From assembly GCA_045803545.1 (NCBI GenBank), contig JBJMOW010000006.1:160001-224000 (forward strand): 64,000 nucleotides of DNA. Direction: 5' to 3'. The stretch comes from Gemmatimonadaceae bacterium (GTDB lineage Bacteria > Gemmatimonadota > Gemmatimonadetes > Gemmatimonadales > Gemmatimonadaceae). The notes under the pieces were generated by a model. The model searched no databases. It had not been told where the DNA came from and saw only the letters and a program-made list of their open reading frames with translations. Below are positions 38,823 to 47,105 of the stretch, one piece after another. Within the stretch, counting starts at the first letter, position 1. Every line of letters starts with the position of its first letter. The translations under genes and the position numbers were made by a program.

Positions 38823-40323
38823 CTCCCAGTCCTGCCAACGCCGAAAGGACGGTTATCCCCGCGGCTTCGAGTATCACGATCTTGAAGCCGCGGAGGAAAG
38901 CCGTTCGAATGTCCCCCTCGACTCGCGCCTGCTGCTGTTGATCGAGCCCGGCGCTGTGCAAATCCGCCCCGGCCATTTTCGGCAGCTCCGTTTCAATCCG
39001 CGCGCGCGGCTCAGCGGCGATCCCGCTTTCAGCGAGCTTGGGTTCGATCGAGCCGTTAAACGAGCGAGTCAGAACAACTCCGAATATCGCGATCGCCAGC
39101 AATCCGGCCACTCGCGCGACGGAGTTGTTGATGCCCGACGCCACTCCGGCATGATCCGCGGGCACCGCTGACATCACCGTCGTCGTCAGCGGCGCGACTG
39201 TGATCGCCATCCCGAGGCCAAGTACAACCACCGCCGGGAAAATAGTGCTCCAATACGAGCCGACGATCCCGACGCGAGCGAGAAGGGCGAAGCCCACCGC
39301 AGAAATCAGCGGTCCGACTGTCAGCGGAATTCGTGGACCGATGCGGCCAACCAAACCCCCCGACCACCTCGATAAAGCGAACATGATGATGGGAAACGGC
39401 AGGAATGCCGCGCCCGCTGCCGTCGCTGAGTAACCCTGCACCTGAATCAGCAGCAACGGCAGGATAAAAAACACAACTCCCAGCGCCCCATAGAGAAGGA
39501 GCGTCAACAAGTTGGTCATGGTAAAAGACCGCGAAGCGAACAGCTCGAGGGGAATCATCGGGTTCTTCTCCCGGTGCTCCACCAATACGAACACGCCTAG
39601 TGCGATCACACCTGCGAGGAGCGAGACGATCACCAGAGACTGACGCGCTCCGGGCACTGGCCACTCGAGCAATCCGAGCACGATTCCGCCGAGGCCAAGT
39701 ACGGCGAGCGCAGCACCGCGCCAGTCGATTCGACCCGTGCGCGATGGATCGCGACTCTCACCCATGTAACGCAAGGAGACCAACACCACGACAATCGCCA
39801 GCGGAACGTTGATGAAGAAAGCCGAGCGCCAGCTCAGATTTTCGATCAGCCAACCGCCGAGCACTGGCCCGACGGCGGTCGTTATCGCGCTGAAACCCGA
39901 CCACGTTCCAATCGCTCGTCCGCGCTCGGCACCCTCGAAAGTCGCGCTGATGATCGCCAGGCTGCCGGGCACCAGCAACGCGGCTCCGATTCCCTGCAAT
40001 GCCCGCGCGATGATCAGCATCAGCGGCGACGATGCGAAACCGCACCAGATCGATGCCGCGGCGAAGGAGACGACGCCGATCAGGAAGATCCGCTTGCGAC
40101 CGAATTGATCACCGAGCGAGCCGCCGATAAGAATGAGAGCGCCCAGCAGGAGCGTATAAGCCTCGATCACCCACTGCACGTCGGTAATGGTCGCGTCGAG
40201 GCTTTTCTGAAGAGCCGGCAGCGCGACGTTTACGACCGTCCCGTCGATGAAGGTCATCGAAGACGCAAGGATCGTAGCCACCAGCGTCCATCGTTGCTGC
40301 GACTTCACGCTCGGTTTGGTCAC
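38800..40323 (-). CDS. MFS DHA2 (EmrB/QacA-like) transporter
   Basis: IDGTVVNVALP, GSLGDQFGRK and WRSAFFINVP motifs; about 14 TM. Confidence 0.93.
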   Translation of the reverse strand: MTKPSVKSQQRWTLVATILASSMTFIDGTVVNVALPALQKSLDATITDVQWVIEAYTLLLGALILIGGSLGDQFGRKRIFLIGVVSFAAASIWCGFASSPLMLIIARALQGIGAALLVPGSLAIISATFEGAERGRAIGTWSGFSAITTAVGPVLGGWLIENLSWRSAFFINVPLAIVVVLVSLRYMGESRDPSRTGRIDWRGAALAVLGLGGIVLGLLEWPVPGARQSLVIVSLLAGVIALGVFVLVEHREKNPMIPLELFASRSFTMTNLLTLLLYGALGVVFFILPLLLIQVQGYSATAAGAAFLPFPIIMFALSRWSGGLVGRIGPRIPLTVGPLISAVGFALLARVGIVGSYWSTIFPAVVVLGLGMAITVAPLTTTVMSAVPADHAGVASGINNSVARVAGLLAIAIFGVVLTRSFNGSIEPKLAESGIAAEPRARIETELPKMAGADLHSAGLDQQQQARVEGDIRTAFLRGFKIVILEAAGITVLSALAGLGVRPTDER

Positions 40324-40452
40324 TGCATCATGGCTGTATAAACGTTCGGTTAGGGGTGCGGGCGAAGGCTTGCGTGATATGCTATCCTAGTGAAGCGGAA
40401 GCTTGCCGGCTTTCGGCCACAATTGCTTAATCGTAGTACAAACGGAATCCCA

Positions 40453-42132
40453 ATGACTGCGCCCGTCGAGACGCTTGCCACTCTCAGCACCACGGACAAC
40501 GCGGATCACACCTTTCCGGTGCTGAGCGATGCGCAGCTCGCGCGCATCTCGCAACAGGGACATCGACGCGAAGTGCAGGCAGGTGAGGTACTGATCGATG
40601 CGGGCGCGCCCGTCACCCATTTCTACGTGGTGCTGTCGGGCGCGGTCGAGGGCGTGCAGCTGCGCGATGGCGGCGGTATTCGCGTGCGCACTCTGCGAGC
40701 GGGTCAATTCACCGGCGAAGTGTCGATTCTCTCTGGCCGGCCCGCGCTGGTTACTCTGCGCGTGTGTCAGGACGGCGAGATCGTCGAGATCGATCGCGAC
40801 AGGTTACTCTCTATAATCCAAACCGATGCTGACCTCAGCGAAGTTTTCGTCCGCGCGTTCCTGCTGCGCCGCGTTGGCCTGATCACCGGCGGATTTGCCG
40901 ACGTCCTGCTCGTCGGCTCCAATCACTCATCCGACACGCTTCGCATCAAGGAGTTTCTGACGCGCAACGCGCATCCGTATACGTCGGTCGATCCCGATCA
41001 CGATACGGGTGTGCAGGAGTTGCTGGATCATTTCCAGTTCTCGCTGTCCGACCTTCCTGTTCTAATCTGCCGCAACACTGCAGTTCTAAGAAACCCGACC
41101 AATCACCAGATCGCGGACTGCCTCGGCTTCAACGACTCCATCGATCAAACGCATTCGCGAGACGTAGTGATCGTGGGTGCGGGACCGTCGGGACTGGCGG
41201 CTGCGGTTTACGCCGCGTCCGAAGGTCTGGATGTTCTGGTAATCGAGTCCACATCGCCAGGCGGACAGGCGGGATCGAGCTCACGAATCGAGAACTATCT
41301 TGGCTTCCCATCGGGCATCACGGGGAATGAGCTCACGGGGCGCGCGTACACTCAGGCCCAGAAATTCGGCGCCGATATCGCGATCGCTGAGAGCGCAATT
41401 CGCCTCAATTGCACTCCCAAGGCGTACAAGGTGAGCATGGATAACGGCGCCGAAGTACACGCGCGAACGGTGGTGATCGCGACCGGCGCGGAGTATCGAA
41501 AACTGCCGTTGCCGAACATCGGCCAATTCGAGGGCGTCGGTATTTATTACGGTGCGACCTTCATCGAATCACAGCTTTGCGAGGGCGACGAAATCATCGT
41601 CGTCGGTGGCGGAAACTCGGCGGGGCAGGCAGCTGTATTTCTGTCGCAGACAGCGAGACGAGTTCACATTCTCGTGAGGGCGACGGGGCTGGCGGAGAGC
41701 ATGTCGCGTTACTTGATCCGCCGCATCGAAGAGGACTCGCGGATAACCCTGCACACGTGTACTGAGATAGTCGGACTCGAGGGCGAGCACCATCTCGAGC
41801 GAGTGCAATGGCGGACAGATGGTGGTCCCGTTGAATCCAAAGACATCAGACACGTTTTCGTGATGACGGGCGCGAAGCCAAGTACCACTTGGCTCGATGG
41901 CTGCGTGACGCTGGACATGCAGGGTTTCGTAAAGACGGGGACGGACCTCTCACCGGAAGATCTCGCCTTGGCAAAATGGCCGCTATCGCGTCCGCCGCAT
42001 TTGCTTGAGACAAGTCGTCCCGGAGTGTTCGCAGTCGGTGATGTCCGCGCCGGCAACGTGAAACGGGTAGCGTCGGCGGTTGGCGAAGGCTCGATCGCAA
42101 TCTCGTTCGTCCACAGCGCTCTACAGGAATGA
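40453..42132 (+). CDS. cNMP-binding domain plus thioredoxin reductase-like flavoprotein
   Basis: N-terminal CAP/cNMP domain (FYVVLSG, GQFTGE); GAGPSG, GGGNSAG and GVFAVGD motifs. Confidence 0.9.
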   Translation: MTAPVETLATLSTTDNADHTFPVLSDAQLARISQQGHRREVQAGEVLIDAGAPVTHFYVVLSGAVEGVQLRDGGGIRVRTLRAGQFTGEVSILSGRPALVTLRVCQDGEIVEIDRDRLLSIIQTDADLSEVFVRAFLLRRVGLITGGFADVLLVGSNHSSDTLRIKEFLTRNAHPYTSVDPDHDTGVQELLDHFQFSLSDLPVLICRNTAVLRNPTNHQIADCLGFNDSIDQTHSRDVVIVGAGPSGLAAAVYAASEGLDVLVIESTSPGGQAGSSSRIENYLGFPSGITGNELTGRAYTQAQKFGADIAIAESAIRLNCTPKAYKVSMDNGAEVHARTVVIATGAEYRKLPLPNIGQFEGVGIYYGATFIESQLCEGDEIIVVGGGNSAGQAAVFLSQTARRVHILVRATGLAESMSRYLIRRIEEDSRITLHTCTEIVGLEGEHHLERVQWRTDGGPVESKDIRHVFVMTGAKPSTTWLDGCVTLDMQGFVKTGTDLSPEDLALAKWPLSRPPHLLETSRPGVFAVGDVRAGNVKRVASAVGEGSIAISFVHSALQE

Positions 42133-42190
42133 CTGTAACAACACTCACCGATATGCTGACGTAACAACGACACACAGCACGGAGATCATC

Positions 42191-42544
42191 ATGGCTCTCA
42201 GTAACGCACAGCGCAATCACATCGAGAAGAGACTGCACGAGGAGCGCGAACGCTCGCTTCAGGTGCTGAACGGCATCCTTGCCGATACCTCACTCACCGA
42301 GCAGGACGCCGCCGGTGATTTGTCCAAGGTGCCATTTCATCCGGCCGATCTAGCAACCGACGAGATAAATCGCGAGGTCGATGAGTCAAATGCTACGCGT
42401 GCATCTCGCGAGTTGGCGGAGATCGACGCCGCGCTGGAGCGACTGTACAAGTCGCCTGCAGATTTCGGTGTGTGCGAAGAGGACGGCCGCCAAATCCCGT
42501 TCGAGCGCTTGGATATCATCCCGTGGGCGCGAACCTGCGACTAA
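42191..42544 (+). CDS. TraR/DksA family protein
   Basis: Coiled coil with HPADLATD; EIDAALERL...FGVCEEDGRQIPFERLDIIPWARTC; SD GGAG. Confidence 0.88.
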   Translation: MALSNAQRNHIEKRLHEERERSLQVLNGILADTSLTEQDAAGDLSKVPFHPADLATDEINREVDESNATRASRELAEIDAALERLYKSPADFGVCEEDGRQIPFERLDIIPWARTCD

Positions 42545-42569
42545 TTCAGAATTCGGCAGCAGGCAGTCG

Positions 42570-42941
42570 ATGAGTCCCAGAGCATCGAAATCCACTTCGT
42601 TCAGCCGCGTCGAGAAGTACGCGATGAAGTATTCTGGCGTCGAGCGGTCGACTTATTTCGGTAAACCCGCGGTCAAGCTCGATGGCCAGATCATCGCATG
42701 CATGGCGAGCAATAAATCGGCGGAGCCCGATACTCTGGTGGTGCGTGTCGACTTTCTCGAGCGAGATCTAAGAATCGCGAATGAGCCCGACGTCTATTAT
42801 CTGAAGCCGCACTACGTGAACTACCCGTGTGTGCTAACTCGATTGTCGCAGGTGAGCGATGAGGCGCTCAAGGATTTACTTGAGTCTGCCTACCGGTACG
42901 TGACTAAAAAGAAAACTCAGTCGCGGGCGCGGTCACGCTGA
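42570..42941 (+). CDS. MmcQ/YjbR-like protein
   Basis: GVERSTYFGKPAVK...PDVYYLKPHYVNYPCVL...LLESAY pattern. Confidence 0.78.
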   Translation: MSPRASKSTSFSRVEKYAMKYSGVERSTYFGKPAVKLDGQIIACMASNKSAEPDTLVVRVDFLERDLRIANEPDVYYLKPHYVNYPCVLTRLSQVSDEALKDLLESAYRYVTKKKTQSRARSR

Positions 42942-42946
42942 AAAGT

Positions 42947-43306
42947 CTACAGGCCAATCGTCTCACCGCCGGCAATAGCCCTCTTGAGTTCCCAGTGACC
43001 GTTTGTCCGAACAACCAAGTAATCCGTCTCGAAACGTACCGCGCCACCCTGACAGTTAAGTCCTGGAGGGCACGGCGGAGTCTGGCGGATGCAGTCCTGC
43101 ACGAGCGCGACGATGGCCGTGTTGCCCGTGATGCACCGTACGCGAAGCTCAGGTTTGCCGGCTTTGACGGCAGCGCTATCCTCCAGGCAAGCTCCGGCTT
43201 TGCCACGCGGTATCTGGCCGAACGCAGCCATCACCTGATCCTCGGGCGATCTGTGCAGGCACGCCGCAGCTAGCGGTAACAACAAACCTGACACCACCTG
43301 GCGCAC
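42947..43306 (-). CDS. Small putative lipoprotein
   Basis: Lipobox AAAC; sits directly downstream of the GMC gene. Confidence 0.55.
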   Translation of the reverse strand: MRQVVSGLLLPLAAACLHRSPEDQVMAAFGQIPRGKAGACLEDSAAVKAGKPELRVRCITGNTAIVALVQDCIRQTPPCPPGLNCQGGAVRFETDYLVVRTNGHWELKRAIAGGETIGL

Positions 43307-43310
43307 GCTC

Positions 43311-44996
43311 CTACAACTCCCTTCTCTTCATCTGCTCCACCGCGTAGTTCACGGCGCGCGCGGTCAACGCCATGTAGGTGATGCTCGGATTCTGATTCGC
43401 GTTCGACGTCATGCACGCACCGTCGGTCATGAACACGTTCGGCGCATCCCAGACCTGGTTGTGCGCGTTCAACACTGACGTCTTCGGATCGCGACCCATC
43501 CGCGCGGTGCCCGTCTCGTGAATCACCAGGCCCGGCGCGTTGTTCTCCTTGAACGTCCGGATGTTGGTCGCGCCCATCGCCTCCAGCATTTCGGTTGCCG
43601 TAACGACCATATCGTCCTGCATCTTCAGCTCGTTGTCGCTGTACTTGCAGTTGATGTGCAGCGCCGGAATGCCCCACGCATCGACCAGATGCGGATCGAT
43701 GGAGATGTAGTTCTCGTGACGCGGCAGCATCTCGCCGAATCCATCGAACGACATCTGCCATGGACCGAGATCGCCGATCAGCGATTTCTTGAACTTGGCG
43801 CCGAATCCCGGCATGTCTGACCCCCGCTCCCAGCCGTCACGCGAGGCTCTGCCCTCGAAACCGTAGCCGCGCTGGAAGTCGGGATGCTTACTCTTCACGT
43901 TGCGGAAGCGCGGGACGTAGATCGCGTCGGGACGCCTGCCGACCTCCATCCGATCTTTCGCCCACGGCAGCTCGCCGGTCGCGCCCCCACCCATGATGTG
44001 ATCCATCAGGTTATGTCCCAGCTCGCCACTCGAATTGCCGAGTCCATTCGGGAATTCCGATGACGTCGAGTTGAGCATGATGCGCGTAGACTCGAGCGCG
44101 GCAGCATTGACGAAGATCAATCGGCCTTTGACCTCGAACATCTCTTTGGTGTTTCCGTCAACCACTCTCACGCCTGATGCTTTCTTTGTCTTCGGATCGT
44201 AGATTACGCTGTGGACGACACTGAACGGACGGAGAGTCAGATTGCCGGTTTTGCGCGCCGCCGGCAGCGTCGAATTCAGGCTGCTGAAATAGGAGAGCGT
44301 GACACAGCCGCGATAACAATTTCCGCAGAGGTGACACTTCTGTCTGCCGAGATGGTTCTCAGTGATCACAGCCAGCCGCATGTTGGTGACGAGGCGCTCG
44401 CCGTTGAACTTGGTGAGGAGAACTTCGCGCGCCTTTGCTTCGGCCGCGTTCAGCGGCCATGGCTGCATGAATTCTCCGTCGGGCAGATGTGCTAATCCTT
44501 CATGCCTGCCCTGCACACCAACGAATTTCTCGACGTGACTCCACCACGGCGCCATGTCCTTGTAGCGGATCGGCCAGTCGACCGCGACTCCTTCCTTCAG
44601 ATTCGCTTCGTAGTCGAGATCGCTCCACCGGAAGACGCAGCGACCCCACATGATCGACTTGCCGCCGACCTGGCGTCCGCGAATCCACGAAAACGGCTTG
44701 CCATCGGGAGTCGAGTACGGATTGTCGAGATCGTTGACGAAGAACTTGCCCGCGTATTCGTCGCACGCACCGCACTGGCTTTGGACAGGCTGGTATCGTT
44801 CGATTCGGCTCCGATCACCCATGCCGCGATAGCGCTTCTGATACGGCATCACGTGCTCGACGTAGTCGACGGCGGGATCGATCGGCCTTCCCGCTTCGAG
44901 CACGATCGTCTTGAGCCCGTGCTCGGTCAGCTCCTTTGCTGCCCACCCACCGGAGATTCCGGATCCGATGACGATCGCATCGTACGTATCGGCCAT
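43311..44996 (-). CDS. GMC family FAD oxidoreductase (glycoside 3-dehydrogenase-like)
   Basis: GSGISGG, GGKSIMWG, LGHNLMDH, HETGTARMG and NQNPSITY motifs. Confidence 0.93.
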   Translation of the reverse strand: MADTYDAIVIGSGISGGWAAKELTEHGLKTIVLEAGRPIDPAVDYVEHVMPYQKRYRGMGDRSRIERYQPVQSQCGACDEYAGKFFVNDLDNPYSTPDGKPFSWIRGRQVGGKSIMWGRCVFRWSDLDYEANLKEGVAVDWPIRYKDMAPWWSHVEKFVGVQGRHEGLAHLPDGEFMQPWPLNAAEAKAREVLLTKFNGERLVTNMRLAVITENHLGRQKCHLCGNCYRGCVTLSYFSSLNSTLPAARKTGNLTLRPFSVVHSVIYDPKTKKASGVRVVDGNTKEMFEVKGRLIFVNAAALESTRIMLNSTSSEFPNGLGNSSGELGHNLMDHIMGGGATGELPWAKDRMEVGRRPDAIYVPRFRNVKSKHPDFQRGYGFEGRASRDGWERGSDMPGFGAKFKKSLIGDLGPWQMSFDGFGEMLPRHENYISIDPHLVDAWGIPALHINCKYSDNELKMQDDMVVTATEMLEAMGATNIRTFKENNAPGLVIHETGTARMGRDPKTSVLNAHNQVWDAPNVFMTDGACMTSNANQNPSITYMALTARAVNYAVEQMKRREL

Positions 44997-44998
44997 CG

Positions 44999-45550
44999 TC
45001 AGACCCTCGGCGTGAATGGGACGTTGCCGTCGTAGCCATTGAAGAACATCTGCGTTTTGAGAATGTCCACTTGTACCGGTTCTGAGGTGAAGTAACCGTA
45101 GACTGTGAGCGCCTTGATCCGCTCAAAGGCATGACCGGCGCCTTCCTTGTGGGGCCGTTTTGCATCGAGACCAGTCAGGAAATCCCCTCGCTTCACGTCC
45201 GTAAGGTCAACGAAATGAGGCGTTCCCATCGCCACGGCTTGCACATCGAGGTCGTCGAGTCCGGCGAGGAAGGCCTTCTTTTCGTCATCGCTCATCCACT
45301 CGGTCAGTATCAGATCGATGAACTGAGGGACTTTGACACTCGTCGCGCCTGGTGTGTCCGTCTCGGGTATGATCATCTCCGCGATCTGCGTTACCAGCTT
45401 TTGCTGAGCTGGATTAAGTGTGCGGAATGGTACATCGCCCAGGCGGCGATGGATTTGTTCGCCGAGCTCGATCGCAGCCTCTGCACTCCGCGGCAAAAAC
45501 TGGAGAGCGAGAGCCGCGCCGAGAAACTGAACAGCTTCACGTCTTCGCAT
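44999..45550 (-). CDS. Gluconate 2-dehydrogenase subunit 3-like, Tat-exported partner subunit
   Basis: MRRREAVQFL twin-arginine-like leader; IIPETDTPGA and GYFTSE motifs. Confidence 0.88.
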   Translation of the reverse strand: MRRREAVQFLGAALALQFLPRSAEAAIELGEQIHRRLGDVPFRTLNPAQQKLVTQIAEMIIPETDTPGATSVKVPQFIDLILTEWMSDDEKKAFLAGLDDLDVQAVAMGTPHFVDLTDVKRGDFLTGLDAKRPHKEGAGHAFERIKALTVYGYFTSEPVQVDILKTQMFFNGYDGNVPFTPRV

Positions 45551-45655
45551 TAGAGGTTGGCTAGAGACGCCGATTGAAGGAGGCCGAGCCAACGTAGGAT
45601 GCGGTACGAAAAGCGTCAAGGCGGGGTCGAGTACTTCGCGCCCGCCGCCTGTATC

Positions 45656-46111
45656 TCAAGGCTTCGAACGGCGTGGCCGCTGCTTGGCAGAGATTGACTT
45701 GATCACTGTTTGCTGCTTACCTGGCTTTCCCGTGAAGCTTGGCCGTGCGCCGAGAATCGCCTGGTCGATCAGATCCCGTACATCCCGATCTTCGAGGTGG
45801 CGTGGAGATGACAGGTGGATGTTGCGCACGATGCTGCCACTCCCATTCAGCATCTTCTTCGGGTCGCGGAGTTTCGCTCCCTTGAGAAAACAGAGTGTGA
45901 CCCAACGCGGCATGATCGCGAGTGACAAAACCGCTTCCGAAGGTCGCTCACTCGGCCCAAATCCGAATACCAACGCGTTGTAATTATCGTAGACGAACTC
46001 GATCCCGCCCGGGATCATCTTGCGCAGCCTGGTCCGCGAGGCGCGCGCATCCGCTGCGATTTTGCCATCGTACTTGGCGAGGAACGACGCGATTTGTCTC
46101 GCCGCGGTCAT
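45656..46111 (-). CDS. DUF1801/YdhG-like protein
   Basis: VYDNYNALV, VTLCFLKGAKLRDP and LNGSG motifs. Confidence 0.75.
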   Translation of the reverse strand: MTAARQIASFLAKYDGKIAADARASRTRLRKMIPGGIEFVYDNYNALVFGFGPSERPSEAVLSLAIMPRWVTLCFLKGAKLRDPKKMLNGSGSIVRNIHLSSPRHLEDRDVRDLIDQAILGARPSFTGKPGKQQTVIKSISAKQRPRRSKP

Positions 46112-46127
46112 CTTTGATCGAGACCGG

Positions 46128-47105
46128 TCAGATTTCCCAGTTGGAAAGCACGATTCCGCCGTTCGCCGGCTTCGCTTCCGAGTAGTCGTGAATCGACATC
46201 CGCAGGTCAGTCCACCTCACTCGCGCGCCGCGCGCAATCAGCCGACGATAGACGCTGCTGTACTGGCCCTGCACGCGGATCGCTACCCGCTTCGCGCCGC
46301 GCACCCGCGCGTGCGCGCACAATTGCGTCACGAGATGATCGAAGTCCGCTTCCGTCTTCGCGACCATCTTGAGCACACGCATCTCCTCGGTCGCGCGCCC
46401 TTCGACCAGCGGAACCGAGTGACACACCGCGAACGCCAGCACTTCGGATCCCTTGCGCACGAATAGGGTGTCCCCGAGCTCGTGCTGCTCGGTGAGCACG
46501 ATCTCTCTGGTATAGTCGTAACCAGGTGACATCTGCTCCAGCATCGCCCGGCATTGGCGCAGCGCCAGCTCGCGCTCATGCGGATTGAGCGAAGAAATCG
46601 TCGTTGCCTGAATTCCCGCCCTCGCCGCCTCGAGGGTCACCGTCACCGTGAGGTGACCGGGCACGAATCCAAGCGCCGAGTAAAATCCGACGTTGTCCAT
46701 CGTTCTCGGCATCGTCTCGAGTCCAATCACCTTGGCGCCGCGCTTTTTCAGCCACTCTACGCCCGTCGAGACAATCACCTTGCCGATTCCCTGGCCTTGG
46801 TAGTCAGGATGCACGGCGAGGGGGCCCATCCACCCTTCGAGTCCGGAGCGATGTACCATGTTGAACGCGGCGATCCCGTCGCGCGCGTTGCGCCAGATCA
46901 TTGCGCCCTCTTCGGCGTCTGCAATCGCGAATTTCCAGACGGCTGGATTGAGGTGTGGAACGCGTACTCCCACCATGCCGTCCTTCCGATAGCGCTCGGT
47001 GAACGCCTCGCTGAACACCGCGTTGAGCGATGCGATCTCACGAATGCTCACACGCTCCGGCGCCTCGGCGACCCACGCGTGTCTCCAGTTGCGCGCGAAC
47101 GCCAT
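46128..47105 (-). CDS. Two-domain GNAT acetyltransferase
   Basis: GPLAVHPDYQGQGIG and NVGFYSALGF motifs; TAATG-coupled to rad50. Confidence 0.88.
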   Translation of the reverse strand: MAFARNWRHAWVAEAPERVSIREIASLNAVFSEAFTERYRKDGMVGVRVPHLNPAVWKFAIADAEEGAMIWRNARDGIAAFNMVHRSGLEGWMGPLAVHPDYQGQGIGKVIVSTGVEWLKKRGAKVIGLETMPRTMDNVGFYSALGFVPGHLTVTVTLEAARAGIQATTISSLNPHERELALRQCRAMLEQMSPGYDYTREIVLTEQHELGDTLFVRKGSEVLAFAVCHSVPLVEGRATEEMRVLKMVAKTEADFDHLVTQLCAHARVRGAKRVAIRVQGQYSSVYRRLIARGARVRWTDLRMSIHDYSEAKPANGGIVLSNWEI

